38,192 nucleotides of DNA. It comes from Craspedostauros australis. Its lineage: Eukaryota. Each line of letters begins with the position of its first letter. The first letter of the stretch is position 1. Shown piece by piece: positions 1 to 11,749 of the stretch. Both the position numbers and the translations under genes were made by a program. The stretch covers positions 1 through 38,192 of the forward strand of contig JALAGF010006376.1 of the NCBI GenBank assembly GCA_030167865.1, in the 5' to 3' direction. The notes beneath the pieces were generated by a model. The model did not search any database. It was not told the DNA's origin and saw only the letters and a program-made list of their open reading frames with translations.

Positions 1-1528
1 CACACATGTGGACGACTTCAAGATCGTGGCAAAGGACCCACAGAAATATATGAAGTCCATCCAGCAGGTATACACGATCAAGGACATCGGACCTCCCAAG
101 TACTACCTTGGGAACGACTATTCCAGGAATGCCAAGGGCAAATGGAGCGTTGGATGTGACAAGTACATTGCCAACGCACTGGACAAAGTCGAGCGCCAAC
201 ACGGGCAGCTACACAACCAGCACGTTCCTATGCGGAACAAGGATCATCCAGAGACGGACGATACCGAACTACTAACACCTGACGAGCAACAGCAGTTCCA
301 GCAGCTCATCGGCATGCTGAACTGGGTCGTTCAGCTTGGACGTTTCGACGTCGCATTTGCAACTTCTTCACTTTCACGTTTCACTGCATCACCACGCAAG
401 GGACATCTCGTGCGAGCGCTCAAGATATGGGGCTATCTCAAGCACAAGGCCACCCTCCGCACGCAGATCGACTCCAAGCCAATGATATTCGACAACTTCC
501 CATCGACTCCATCCAATCCGAAATTGGTGGCGCAAATGAAGGAGGAATACCCAGAAGCTATGGAGGACCTNNNNNNNNNNNNNNNNNNNNNNNNNNNNNN
601 NNNNNNNNNNNNNNNNNNNNNNNNNNNNNNNNNNNNNNNNNNNNNNNNNNNNNNNNNNNNNNNNNNNNNNNNNNNNNNNNNNNNNNNNNNNNNNNNNCCT
701 GTCTACTTCTCCAGCAAGCGGCAGACATCGGTTACCACATCGACATACGGCGCGGAATTCAATGCACTGCGCTCGGTGACTGAAGAGATTATTGCACTCA
801 GATATGCTCTCCGATCGCTGGGAGTTCATGTCAAGTCTCCAACCATCACATTCTGCGACAATAAGGCTNNNNNNNNNNNNNNNNNNNNNNNNNNNNNNNN
901 NNNNNNNNNNNNNNNNNNATTCGACAACTTCCCATCGACTCCATCCAATCCGAAATTGGTGGCGCAAATGAAGGAGGAATACCCAGAAGCTATGGAGGAC
1001 CTTGACAGCGGTGCTCCAGCGGCAATCTACCCGGAACTACCAATGTATGCATTCGTGGACGCGGACCATGCTCATGATCTGGTCACGCGNNNNNNNNNNN
1101 NNNNNNNNNNNNNNNNNNNNNNNNNNNNNNNNNNNNNNNNNNNNNNNNNNNNNNNNNNNNNNNNNNNNNNNNNNNNNNNNNNNNNNNNNNNNNNNNNNNN
1201 NNNNNNNNNNNNNNNNGAGATTATTGCACTCAGATATGCTCTCCGATCGCTGGGAGTTCATGTCAAGTCTCCAACCATCACATTCTGCGACAATAAGGCT
1301 GTGATCTCGAACACGACGATCGCGGACAGCCTGCTACAAAAGAAACACGTGGCCATATCGTTCCACAGAGTGCGCGAGTCTGTTGGAGCCGGGATATTGG
1401 TCCCAATATACGTTCCTTCGAAACTCAACTTCGCGGATATGCTCACAAAGGCACTGGCACGGCCAGATCTAACCACTTTTGTCACAGCCCTGTTCTACGG
1501 AGGTCATCCTCAAGATCAAGGGGCGTGA
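1..1528 (+). mobile_element. pol: Ty1/copia LTR retrotransposon (CoDi-like), 3' part of pol: end of reverse transcriptase plus RNase H
   Basis: The frame reads (H)VDD...KDIGPPKYYLG, FQQLIGMLNWVVQLGRFDVAFATSSLSRF..SPRKGHL (copia RT), then FVDADHAHD, SSKRQTSVTTSTYGAEF, FCDNKAV, KKHVAISFHRVRE and NFADMLTKAL (copia RNase H with acidic catalytic residues intact). RT followed by RNase H at the ORF end is the copia domain order. Contains three N gaps and is truncated by the window start. Confidence 0.95.
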
Positions 1529-2056
1529 CAGCTTTCACTGTACTTCTTACCTCTTTACTAATCGTATTAATCAAATACTGGTCGGAGATTGTCCTCGGAC
1601 AACTCACAATAAAACAACAAGAGCTCCGACCAGGGCACGCAACAACGGGCCAATCAGTCTCAGTAGTTACTTGCACGTTTGACAGTAAGGAGGGGCCAGC
1701 ATATCCCAACCTCGTCATCAAGGTCGCACGCAGCGTGGCGAATTACAGCACCAGCCGTGCTGTCGTTCACGGCAGGGCCACCAACATATCGAGTTGCGCG
1801 TGAGAGCAAGAAAGATAATGAGAATGAGAGGCTTGCTCAACTATCATGTCTGCGCATGTATGGTATATCTACGTGCAATGCTACTGGCCGAGTATCTCAT
1901 CTTGTGAGAGGTGCACAGCCGCAAGCTGCAAACAATAGAACGAACGCAATGGCGATTTGAAATGCGTCATGGTAGACTACCCTACTTTCAAGAGAGTGCA
2001 CTCATTTGACCGAAGTTGATGGATCCAAACACTCTAAGGCAGCTCAATGCACATCA
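1526..2056 (+). repeat. Probable 3' LTR of the copia element, preceded by a polypurine tract
   Basis: The purine-rich AAGATCAAGGGGCG (1512-1525) is followed directly by TG at 1526, overlapping the pol stop codon. The right end is a guess: ...ACATCA at 2056 (TGA...TCA) or ...CAACA at 2059. The 5' LTR is outside the window, so the boundary cannot be confirmed. Confidence 0.55.
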
Positions 2057-2362
2057 ACAATTTTGTACGTACGAGTACGTAGGATGAGTAGACATTCCAG
2101 AGCATCCGAGTTGGCATCGTGCCGTGCTTGGATCGTAGGAGTGCAGTCGAAGATGAAGTACTATTTTTGACGACCATGCTGGTGAATTGCCATGAGTGGA
2201 GCGTCTGTCCTCAACGCATTGGCACGAAGTGATGCTTGTGCAGAACACGGCAACGGTTGGATGTGGTTCAGCAAAAGGAGAGGACGGCAGAAGTGGACGC
2301 AAACGCTGCTCGGCATCGCCGCACGCTGCTGGAGCAGAGAGTTGTCGAACAAAAAGACACAG

Positions 2363-2455
2363 TCCGGTGAACCGGAATCGAACCGGTGACCGTTTGATGA
2401 CCCTTGGTGTTGAAACCGCTACAGTCAAACGCTCTGCCAACTGAGCTATCACCGG
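2363..2455 (-). tRNA. tRNA-Tyr (GTA) with a 20-nt intron (2399-2418)
   Basis: The minus strand folds as a cloverleaf: acceptor CCGGTGA/TCACCGG + A, D arm TAGCTCAGTTGGCAGAGC, anticodon stem TTTGA/TCAAA with loop CT-GTA-G^A, T arm ACCGG-TTCGATT-CCGGT. The intron sits at the canonical 37/38 position (73+20 = 93 nt). A T5 Pol III terminator lies at 2351-2355 and TATTTAAA about 30 nt upstream. Confidence 0.97.
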
Positions 2456-2869
2456 ATGGCTGTATTCGTTACGTGCATCAAAGTTTAAATATGTTGTCAG
2501 AATTAGTTTTCTCCCAGCGTTTCGTTACCCATCTCGATTTGACAGTGCACATCAATGCACTTCGTTTACCTGTTTCCGTCCATGGGTCCAAGGAAGATCT
2601 CTTGTTGACCAAGTAGGCGCATACTCGACATAATCTTGGACCTGGAGCGAATGATCTGAGCTGGGGCCAATCTGAGCCGCCTCATGGCATACCATCAGTT
2701 CCATCGACCATGCGGAGTTCCAATCGTTCTCGCTCTCGCGTGTGCCTTGGAGTATCCGCACAGTCAGAAAGACTTCACGAATCGCCTCGGCTCAGCCGCA
2801 GGATACAACACGAGCACGGACGCAACCTCTGGCAGCCTCCGAAATTGTCGGAAAAGCCCCTTCCGCAAA

Positions 2870-2914
2870 TGAAGCAACTGAAGCAACTGAAGCAACTGAA
2901 GCACTGAAGCAACT
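2870..2914 (+). repeat. 9-bp minisatellite (TGAAGCAAC) x about 5, one copy with a 1-nt deletion
   Basis: Read directly: tgaagcaac tgaagcaac tgaagcaac tgaagcac tgaagcaac. Confidence 0.9.
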
Positions 2915-3425
2915 TCATACATTTCTGACAGACATGGGATTTCCTTGCCGTGGCTTAAATCCAAATGGAACCCATCCGCTGTGTATCGATGACACTTGCG
3001 CAATGCCCATCTCACAATTCCTCTTTTCGTCACGAAGCTCCAATCGCATCACGAATAGCTCGTGCGTACGAATGGCAACCTCCTCGCTCAAGAGAACCCG
3101 AACTCCTCTCGCGTGGTTTCGCCATGCCTTCGGCTCTCCGTGACTGAGGTGTCAAACCAGGTCTCAGATGGTCTTGGGAACTTGCGCGTATTGCCACTCC
3201 CACCGCGTTGGTACCTCGGAGTATTCGTGGATGTCAGAATTCAGCAAGACCTCACAAAGTCGCAACCATCCTGCATCCACACTCTCCGCTCATAATACCA
3301 AGCAAGCGTCCATTTGCAAAAGCGCAACCACAATCATCGGTTCACATCAAACAACTGCAGTCACAAGAGCGTACATCCAGAACCGCAAGCACCACCACAA
3401 GCAACAACATCGCTCTCAAACAATA

Positions 3426-4379
3426 ATGGCTACGAACACGGATACGAACACGGATGCGGACGCGAGTTCGAGCACGAGGAGACTCTTCCGTTCCGTCTCC
3501 ATGGATGGCACGACGGTGGTGAGGACACCATCAGTAGCATCGACGGTGTCGATCACATCAGCGGCGTCAGCGACAAACTTCCAAAAAGCCACGCAAAGGG
3601 AAACACCCCGTGAGCATGTGCTGGTTATTGGTGGCAGAGGTCCGACGGGGGTGGAGATCATTCGACAGCTTTCCACCCACCCAGCTGAACCGTCCATCTA
3701 CGCCTTCTGCCACAACACGTACGCGCCCAAGGGCGATCCCGGTATCTCCAAGCTGTGTTCCGGAGTCATCGAAGGCAACGCAAGCAGCAAGAACGATCTG
3801 GAAAACGCAATCCAGATGTCACAGGCAACCACCATCATCGTCTCGTTCTGCGACGTCGAAAGCATGGGACGCACAGATTTGCGCAGCACCAATGCCAAAG
3901 TCCTCTCGGAGATACTGAAGCAAGAAGAGAATTGTCACATCCAGGTCATGGTTCTCTCCGTCGTCGGTGCTGGTCCCACAACCGTCTATGGCGGGCGCTT
4001 CGGGACATCATTTTGGAAGAAACATAAGATGCGGTTTGTGCTCGTTGATCACACCCTGCAAGAGCTGGCTTTTCAACGCAACATCGGGGACCGAGTCGCC
4101 ATCATCCGAACAACGGCTCTGAGAGACGAGAAAGCGAGGGGAAAGGTGCGAGTCTTCGGAGATTACGACAAGACGCCACGACGCAAAACGAACCGCAAAG
4201 ATCTGGCTCTGTGGCTCATCCACCAGATATATGACGCTGCCGAAACCGGCACAAGGAAGACGCCAGGATCTTCCTCTCCGTGCGAAGGATCCATCAAAAT
4301 GACTCGCAGTGCGGTGAACTATTGCAACAGTTCCCCAGTGATCCTTGGCACCGCAACCAACATCTCGGGTTGCCGTTAG
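3426..4379 (+). CDS. NAD(P)-binding Rossmann-fold protein, atypical SDR / flavin reductase (BLVRB)-like
   Basis: HVLVIGGRGPTGVEIIRQL (GxxGxxG), VIEGNA, VMVLSVVGAG, DHTLQE, AIIRTTALRD and TNRKDLALWL match the NAD(P)-binding_10 pattern. ATG 3426 was chosen because it follows a CA-rich UTR-like stretch. Confidence 0.8.
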   Translation: MATNTDTNTDADASSSTRRLFRSVSMDGTTVVRTPSVASTVSITSAASATNFQKATQRETPREHVLVIGGRGPTGVEIIRQLSTHPAEPSIYAFCHNTYAPKGDPGISKLCSGVIEGNASSKNDLENAIQMSQATTIIVSFCDVESMGRTDLRSTNAKVLSEILKQEENCHIQVMVLSVVGAGPTTVYGGRFGTSFWKKHKMRFVLVDHTLQELAFQRNIGDRVAIIRTTALRDEKARGKVRVFGDYDKTPRRKTNRKDLALWLIHQIYDAAETGTRKTPGSSSPCEGSIKMTRSAVNYCNSSPVILGTATNISGCR

Positions 4380-4745
4380 GACCATTCGTCCATTCATTCT
4401 CTAGATACTAGAGTGCCAGGACGCCTCCTCCCGACGCGACAGCAACAGGTTCCCGCGTCGAAGTATGCTCTCTTGAAGACAGCTTACAGCACTTCGGAAT
4501 CCTTCCAATATAGGCAGATTATTTCATTTTATCATAGAGGGCGTGGCATTGTTCAACAGAAGGAACGAAAGTGGCTGTATCATATTTTACGTGCTGAGCT
4601 GTTGCGGAAAGGAATTCTGTGCCCATCTCTCTTTCTCTCTGAAGAGATCTCCAAAAATCTAGATACGGATACGTAACTCGCGTGACACATTCCCCGTCAT
4701 CGCATCATGAGTGACGTCTTCGTTCTTTCTTCTTCAACCAATGAA

Positions 4746-4766
4746 CCAATCAGATCGCTCTGATTG
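4746..4766. promoter_or_regulatory. CCAAT-box-like inverted repeat upstream of the 5050 gene
   Basis: C-CAATCAGA-tcgc-TCTGATTG, about 290 bp before the ATG. Similar CCAATCA motifs occur at 25417 and 37809, both intergenic and upstream of genes. Function is inferred only. Confidence 0.3.
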
Positions 4767-5049
4767 TGCTCAACACGCGATTTACGGTCGGGTGGATCGG
4801 AAATCAGAGGGTTTGTGTCCGCCATTTTTTGTTTTGTGGTGATTGACGAAGGCGAAAAACGTGTGATCACTGTTGTTGCGTCTTGGCACACAACATGCGC
4901 GTGTTCATCAAGCATTCCTCTTCGCAGCTCGCCCCACTGTTTGCACTACTACCCGTCCCCGCGACGGCTCGTACCCATACCATCGTCATTCGAACATATT
5001 TCAAAACAACAGAACAGAACAGAAACGAGCTACCACTTTCCCAGTCAAG

Positions 5050-5646
5050 ATGATGATGAAGTCGCTTTCCAGCTTCGCCATTATGGCATTGATCGCTGTG
5101 CTTTCGGTGTCAGAGGGTGATGCCTTCACCATCCCCAGGATCAACGTCAACAACGCTCCTGTCAATTCAGCTGCGGCTGGCAGATCGGTTGTGCTGCAAG
5201 CATCCGTCGCCGAACGGCCGGCCGAGACCGAGGCAGGACCATCCAATGGTGATGAAGAAACCGCAACTGCCCAGAACACCATCGCGATGCTGAAGGAGGA
5301 GATTGCCAAGCTCGAGACGCAGATGGAAGAATCCTCCACGAAGATCGCGCAGTACGAAAAGGAAGTCGAAGAATCATCGTTGGAGATCATTGGTCTCAAG
5401 AGGGACATGCTGGATCGAGAGAAGGCATTTGACAAAGAGCTGTTCGACAAGGAAGAGCACATCAACAAGATCATTCTGGTCATTGAATACCACAAGGGGC
5501 GTTTCAACGAAAGGGAGAAGGTCAACGCAGAGTACACCCGCAAGCTCGAAGAGCATATCAGCGCTCTTGAAAGTGAACGTGAGAGTTTCAGATCCATGGC
5601 CAAGCAAGCCATCAAGGTTGCTGGTCGCCGCATGAAGTTCTGGTGA
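5050..5646 (+). CDS. Plastid-targeted coiled-coil protein of unknown function (198 aa)
   Basis: Signal peptide MMMKSLSSFAIMALIAVLSVSEGDA|FTIP with Phe at +1 (ASAFAP-type motif), then a transit-peptide-like region lacking acidic residues, a long E/K-rich heptad region and a basic amphipathic C-terminus. Confidence 0.8.
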   Translation: MMMKSLSSFAIMALIAVLSVSEGDAFTIPRINVNNAPVNSAAAGRSVVLQASVAERPAETEAGPSNGDEETATAQNTIAMLKEEIAKLETQMEESSTKIAQYEKEVEESSLEIIGLKRDMLDREKAFDKELFDKEEHINKIILVIEYHKGRFNEREKVNAEYTRKLEEHISALESERESFRSMAKQAIKVAGRRMKFW

Positions 5647-6072
5647 ACCTAGCTCGTATCATTCGTACCATACGGATGTAACAGCCGCTTTTGAAACGAA
5701 TAGATGGCGCTTATTGAGGCAAACAAACAAACAAACAAACAAACAAGAGAGATGAACAGAGACTGATGTAGCGGCGCCGAGACGGCGCAATTACGAGTCA
5801 CGAGGCACACGGGACAAGAGATGAGGTGTTGCGGGATGAGAGGAACGCATCCCATTTGGAACAACTTCTTGGGTGGCGGAACAAGGTTGAACAGCAGCAC
5901 ACAAGAGTCAACTTCGAATGAATGCGACGGCAGAGGACATACTGGAGTAGTGTAGCATAGCAATGGGTTCGCAGTCTTCTTCTTTGCTATTTATTGCACC
6001 AGTGTACGAGTACTCGTAGTCCTCATCCCATATCATGATAGCCGTGGTGTACTCGTAACATGCTGCTCTACT

Positions 6073-7695
6073 TTACAAGAAAGTCGAATTCATCACTACC
6101 TCAAAAATGGATCCACCAGAAACCTCCGTGTCATCGTCATGCGATTCATCATCGGCCACATTCAATGGGTCCAAGACCAACCCCATCTCTCTGCGTTGTG
6201 AGCCAAACGGCCAAACCCTGCTCCATAGACTCCGGGGCAATGATGGTTGCGCACCTGACATCTCCACTGGCTTGCAGATCTTCAATTCCAGGTCACAACG
6301 GCAGTATGGACACGAAGTGCTTTTGGCCAACCACTCTGATAGGCAGTGGTGGTGGAATGCGTGGCCGCACACACGCCCAGCGCTGACCATATCACCATCT
6401 CGGACTGCTCCGAGGCAGATGGGACAGGACATTGGTGCGACGGCGACGCTTTGCAGCGCTGGATTTGAAGTTTCCTGGTCTCCACCGCTGGATGTGGTTG
6501 ATTTCCCACCGTCAGTCATCTGTTGCTTGGTTGTGTCGACTGGATGGAATCTGAACAGTGATCGCATAGTAGCAAGGACCTTCTTGTGCGCTTGTTTGGA
6601 GCGGCTCAGGTTCGTCACCGATATGCTCGCGCCGTTGTTGACCACAGATGGCGATGCATGCCCATTCACCATCTTGTCGATGTCCTTGCTGTCCTTTCTG
6701 TTCTTCTTCTTTGTGTTATGGTCTTGCGAAGATGCTTTCCTCGAAGCTTGTTGGCCGTCCTTGCATTGTGATGAATCAGTGTTTTGCGTTTTAGCCCTGT
6801 ACTTGTAGGTGTCGATTGCCCAAGTCTTCTTTGGCTCGTCCTGGTAGGGATCTTCGATTCCAAACCTTCCGGTCCGCAAGACGTAGCCAAGGTAGGACCC
6901 GAAGATGCCGAGTGCCATGAAGACGTCGCTTGTTGCCGGTGGCGACCGTTGCGGTAACGGGACCGCAGACAATGATGATCGGTGCGATGCGGGCAGGTCC
7001 CAGAAGATGAATCGGGCCGATCCGTACAGACAACCCATCGCGATGGAGAGGAAGAGATCTACTCCCACGGCACCGTGCACCTGGACGACTGCCAATGTGA
7101 GACAGGTCATAGTACCGACCTTCAACAGGTCGCCCACCCACGCGAACATGGGGTAGCGGTAGTACCTAAAGTTGCCATGAGCGGTAACCCCCCTTCCAGT
7201 GGCGAATGTCGACGACGCCGACATCGAGAAGTGGCGTGGCATGCATCGACGATACCCGAAGAATCGGAAGCACCGTCGTGCTATTGTGTGGCCTCGTAGG
7301 AATGGACCCCGAACTGATGCTTCATGGGCGGCCGGTGAATTTGCCGTGCTTGTTGATGTGTGAGGTCCACTCGCCGCCGCGGTGGACGTTGATGGCGACG
7401 CTGGGTGATGCATGGCTGTCGAGTCTCTTCCATCCCGCCCCTGCGACGCTGGAGCATCTTGCACTCTTGAAGATGCCATCGACGACGATCTGGAAGGCGA
7501 TGCCGATGATGTGGACCCCGAAGTCGAGGGTGTTGACTGTGACTGTGGCTGTGGCTGTGACCGTGACCGTGACGGCGGTGACCACACCAAGCGGAAGACG
7601 ACGGCGGAAAGCGCAGCATTGCAAAGGAACATCGCCGATCTCCGCGAGAGCAACACCTGGACCGTTTCGGCCGACCAGATGGAGGAGCCTCCCAT
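6073..7695 (-). CDS. Membrane-associated RING-H2 E3 ubiquitin ligase
   Basis: CPIC-x15-CGHAFHHHC-x10-CPYC (C3H2C3) near the C-terminus, with 3-4 hydrophobic segments upstream. First ATG is at 7695; the track start at 7701 is a GTG. Confidence 0.85.
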   Translation of the reverse strand: MGGSSIWSAETVQVLLSRRSAMFLCNAALSAVVFRLVWSPPSRSRSQPQPQSQSTPSTSGSTSSASPSRSSSMASSRVQDAPASQGRDGRDSTAMHHPASPSTSTAAASGPHTSTSTANSPAAHEASVRGPFLRGHTIARRCFRFFGYRRCMPRHFSMSASSTFATGRGVTAHGNFRYYRYPMFAWVGDLLKVGTMTCLTLAVVQVHGAVGVDLFLSIAMGCLYGSARFIFWDLPASHRSSLSAVPLPQRSPPATSDVFMALGIFGSYLGYVLRTGRFGIEDPYQDEPKKTWAIDTYKYRAKTQNTDSSQCKDGQQASRKASSQDHNTKKKNRKDSKDIDKMVNGHASPSVVNNGASISVTNLSRSKQAHKKVLATMRSLFRFHPVDTTKQQMTDGGKSTTSSGGDQETSNPALQSVAVAPMSCPICLGAVRDGDMVSAGRVCGHAFHHHCLSEWLAKSTSCPYCRCDLELKICKPVEMSGAQPSLPRSLWSRVWPFGSQRREMGLVLDPLNVADDESHDDDTEVSGGSIFEVVMNSTFL

Positions 7696-8570
7696 CACCA
7701 CTGCACTCTATGGATTCGTCGTTGTGTATGCACTCTGAGACAGAGGCTGAGGCTGAGGCCTGTACGTCGCAAGATCTTTCTTCACTTGCACGTACACTTG
7801 TTCGAAATGGCAGCGTATCCGATGTGATGTGATGTGATGTATACCTGGCACCGACGTCTCCAACAATACCAGCGTTGATGGGAAGCAGTGCGTTGTTGCG
7901 CCGCAGATCAGGAAGCTGCCAGTTGTGAATTGCGATGGCGTGATGCTATGTCATGTAGTGTCATGCGCTGCATTGCGGATCGTATGGTGTGCGAGCTGTG
8001 CATGGTACCATACACACACATCACCAGCGCGATTGGCCTCTGGATCGTCCACTCGGTCATCCACTCACCGAATGATCATGAAGAGGAACAGCACGCAAGA
8101 ACGCAGGTTGGCGTTTTGTTCTTTTCCGGTCATGTCATCTGTTTCCGTGATTGCTCAAACACGACTGATGGGTGCCAATTCTCATTCGTGAAATGGCCTA
8201 TTGTATCAGGCCTAAAAACCGGCAACAGTGGAATAGCGGCAATAAAGCCTAATGGGCCTTTTGACGATTTTGGGAAAAGCCTCGAACCATCATGATGTAC
8301 TCCCGTTGAGGTGTCGGTGACATCTGATTCGACTCAACAGACTGATATCTTCGGCAAAGAACTAGATCGTGACATCACACCCATGTGGAACTCTGCACAA
8401 GAGAGGTGGCGAAGAGGAGAACACAAACTGCCTCCGTCACGCCAATACCAATACTTGTGCTTGTTGGCGGATACGCCTGGCGACCTACTATGAATACACG
8501 GAGCGAGCGAAGGTGAACACACAACTTCACTGCACTTCGGGGCGCACAACATCCTGCTCTATCACCAAAG

Positions 8571-10526
8571 ATGACGGATGAACCGATCGCTTGGGATCAC
8601 GAGACCTTGAACGGTCCTCCCATGATGACTCCGGATTTGATCGTCGCGGATCCGGAGTTCCTGCTGCGATGCGCGCTGACGTACAACTGGAAGGTGCTGC
8701 TGCAATTCTGCGGGATCATCCTTGAGGTGCTGACCACTGCGAGCAGCGACGATGCAAAGCGCAGCCTGGACAAGGAGGAGAAGGAGGGAGATCCTGCAGA
8801 CCAGCAGCAGCAGCAACAACAACAGCAACAGCAGAATGCCAAGAGCAGGATCAGCGACTTCAGCGACGACATTCTGCAGCGCGACGAGCGGAGCCAACGT
8901 CGATTGCAGGCAGCGAGGTCGCAGCTGACGCAGCGTGATCAATGGGGCAACACTCCGTTGCATGCTGCATGCTTCAACGACCCTCCGTTGGCCATCATCA
9001 AGGCGTTGCTGGAATGCGCGAGCGCTGCCCACCCGCCGATCCAGTTGCACACGTTCTTGGCGCGCGATCAGTCATCAGCGTTGAACATTGCCTGTGCCAC
9101 GGGCGCAACGACGCGTGTCATCCAGGCGCTCCTCATGTTCCGCCCGCCCCGGTTGACCACCAGGAGATCTGCTTCCAGAACGACCAGGTCGCGAACTCCA
9201 GCCGCCACACCGAAGAGAGCACCGCCAGTCTCAACTGCAGCTACTGCGCAGCCCAGCAACCCGCTCTTGCATGGTGGATGCATGGTGTGCGTCGCAGATG
9301 CCAGAGGATGCACGCCGTTCATGGAACTGGTTGTACAATACGAACTACAACGCCAAACACCGCAGTGGCGGCGGGCAAACACGCTGTCGTTGGACGATGT
9401 CCAGGATCTCAGGAACGACTGCGACAGTTGTGCGTTGCTGTCCGAATGCTGGTCCAAGGTCGACACTCTGCTGCGTTCGTCGTGGGAGTACGACGATGCG
9501 AATCATGCGTTCTCGTTGTCGACCAATCGTCCTGGCTTTGGCGACGTCCATGCTGGCGACACTCGAACGAACACATCACGGGATCCTGCGGCTTCATCAC
9601 CGACAGCGTGGATGTCCATCTTGCATGCGGCTGCAAACACATCGCACGCGATCCCGGCTTCGTTGGCCCACTTGGTCTGCCGCACCTTTGCGAACAAGAC
9701 GACTGCAAAATCGTCTGGAACTAGCCACGTCGACACCGGCGACGAGAGTCAGCAACTTAATGGTCCGCATCATCAGCAGCATCCCATGCCATTGCACCTC
9801 GCCATCTCGTCCATGTACAAACCCAACTATTCCCCCTTTAAGAATTCATCCCTTCCCTGGGTGGAGCTGTGCAGCGATGACACGTGGTCCAGCTTTCGTG
9901 ACCGCCAATCCCACTTCGTCCAGACCTTGGTCTCCATGCAACCCGATTGCGTCCGGCACGATGTGCCCATATCAGCGTACCGTTACGACACGGCGACGGA
10001 AGACCTGGTCATCCACAGGACCTTCCACCGATCGCCGCTGTGCTACGCCATATCCAGAGGGTTGCAATGGCATGCTTGGAAGTACTCCGTCGCGCCTTCA
10101 TCCACCGGCGCAGCGCACGGAACTTGCGCCAACGTCATTCAGCTGGACGGGACTGCGAATTCGTGGTACAGCCTGCCACCAGAACCAACGCGGTCTCCCG
10201 GCCCCTTGCAGTGCCTGTATCGGCGGCACCCCGATGCCCTCATGACGCGCGATCCCATCACGGGATTGTATCCATTCGCGTTGGCAGCGACCGTACGCAA
10301 CGCAGGGAGGAAAGCGCCGCCGCTGGCATCGGACGAAGGAAATGATACCGACGGTGAAGCCAAGGATGGCAACCGGCAAGTCGCAGCGAGCCGCAGCTGC
10401 GATGATGAAGACGACTCCAACCTCGCGCATCTGCTGCAGCTGGATACGGTGTACAATCTCCTGCGACTCCATCCGCAGCTCCTGCACGAGGCCGTGCCAG
10501 TGCGGACCTCTGCCCCGCAGCAATGA
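8571..10526 (+). CDS. Ankyrin-like repeat protein with a polyQ tract (651 aa)
   Basis: RDQWGNTPLHAAC, SSALNIACATGA, DARGCTPF, SILHAAA, MPLHLAI and SPLCYAI are degenerate ankyrin motifs. The C-terminal RDPITGLYPFALAA...LDTVYNLLRLHP is a motif I recognise from an expanded diatom family. Q11 at about 8803-8835. Confidence 0.8.
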   Translation: MTDEPIAWDHETLNGPPMMTPDLIVADPEFLLRCALTYNWKVLLQFCGIILEVLTTASSDDAKRSLDKEEKEGDPADQQQQQQQQQQQNAKSRISDFSDDILQRDERSQRRLQAARSQLTQRDQWGNTPLHAACFNDPPLAIIKALLECASAAHPPIQLHTFLARDQSSALNIACATGATTRVIQALLMFRPPRLTTRRSASRTTRSRTPAATPKRAPPVSTAATAQPSNPLLHGGCMVCVADARGCTPFMELVVQYELQRQTPQWRRANTLSLDDVQDLRNDCDSCALLSECWSKVDTLLRSSWEYDDANHAFSLSTNRPGFGDVHAGDTRTNTSRDPAASSPTAWMSILHAAANTSHAIPASLAHLVCRTFANKTTAKSSGTSHVDTGDESQQLNGPHHQQHPMPLHLAISSMYKPNYSPFKNSSLPWVELCSDDTWSSFRDRQSHFVQTLVSMQPDCVRHDVPISAYRYDTATEDLVIHRTFHRSPLCYAISRGLQWHAWKYSVAPSSTGAAHGTCANVIQLDGTANSWYSLPPEPTRSPGPLQCLYRRHPDALMTRDPITGLYPFALAATVRNAGRKAPPLASDEGNDTDGEAKDGNRQVAASRSCDDEDDSNLAHLLQLDTVYNLLRLHPQLLHEAVPVRTSAPQQ

Positions 10527-11749
10527 GCACGACGTTTGTGTCATGTCGAAGGGGTGAACTGCACCGAACCGAACTGGAACTCGGAAGCATCTCGTTCATG
10601 GGTGCGTGGGTGCATGAGAAGGGTGCCATTGGACTTCCTGAGGATACAGGTTGCCACACATAATAGAGTGAGTTCCAGCGCACATCTTCCGCAAAATGCA
10701 CATCCGAGTCTGCCCGGGCTCATGCAGACACCAGACACATCCCCCAGCTTTAGTCACGATGCACATAGGCTCCAGGTACCATGTCTGATCTTATACTCGT
10801 AGCAGTGTTCCGTCAAGTATTGTATTCTATTATATAATATTCTATAACATATTCTATAACAATAAAGATAATGGTGCTCTTGAGAAAGCTTGTGCACATA
10901 TCTTCATTCATGCCTATGCGACCTGGCGCAGCCGCAGATGCCTGAAGATTCATTCCTTGCAGACACCACTTCTCCTACCCTCGCTGATCCCGTTCACATC
11001 GCGAATCGCGAACAGTCACTCTCTTCCACTCCACGGTACGGATTGGTGGTCGCAGTGCGTACGCTTCCACGACACGCTCATGGCCCAGACCGATGTGCGG
11101 AAGAGGGTTGTTGCGGTACTCCAGCCCATTCCGAACGTGAGAGTCATTTGGTCGTGTCCGGAACCGCTTCGAGGATTTTGTGAGCTCCAGTTTTGATCGT
11201 GCGGGATTTTTAGCAGTCACTCGTCCAGACAACAATTGTCAATCCCTCCAAATTCCTTCGTTTCTTCTTGGTGTCACAACCAAACACGAAAAAGCGAGGT
11301 GGATTTGGACCTGGCTGCGCAGCGGAGAGAGAGAAAGAGGCAGAAAGAAAGCGGAAGCGCCAACCATTTCATTCCGCCAAGAGAGCACGCCATCATCACC
11401 GGCTTCTTCACCACTCCATTCATACTTGTACTTGTGCTCGCACCTTGTACTTGCAGTCCCATTGTATGGTACACACATCTGCAATCGCATGTTACGAGTC
11501 CACTTCCATCCATAGCATTCATGAAGTGAGGCTTCCCCATCGCCAGTTCGCCAACTGACTACGAGCAACGAGCTGCGAGCAACGAGTACGCACAATTCCT
11601 CTGTCTCTCTGTGTCCCTCTCCAGAGCGATTGCTGGAGCAATAGCAGCATTCCGCGACATCGCACCAACGCTCCATCATACTCGCACCACACACTGACAC
11701 TGAGACTGACACAGAACACGATCCTGCTGAAGTGACAGACAGACTCACG

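Noticed and set aside
5720..5746. Microsatellites: (AAAC)n here, (GATGT)n at about 7821 and (AACC)n at about 28427
   Set aside because: Ordinary simple repeats in UTR or intergenic DNA.
8190..8285. Cluster of GGCCTA/AGCCTA/GGCCTT motifs in the divergent RING-ankyrin intergenic region
   Set aside because: No clear terminal inverted repeats or target-site duplication, so neither a MITE nor a defined promoter element can be supported.
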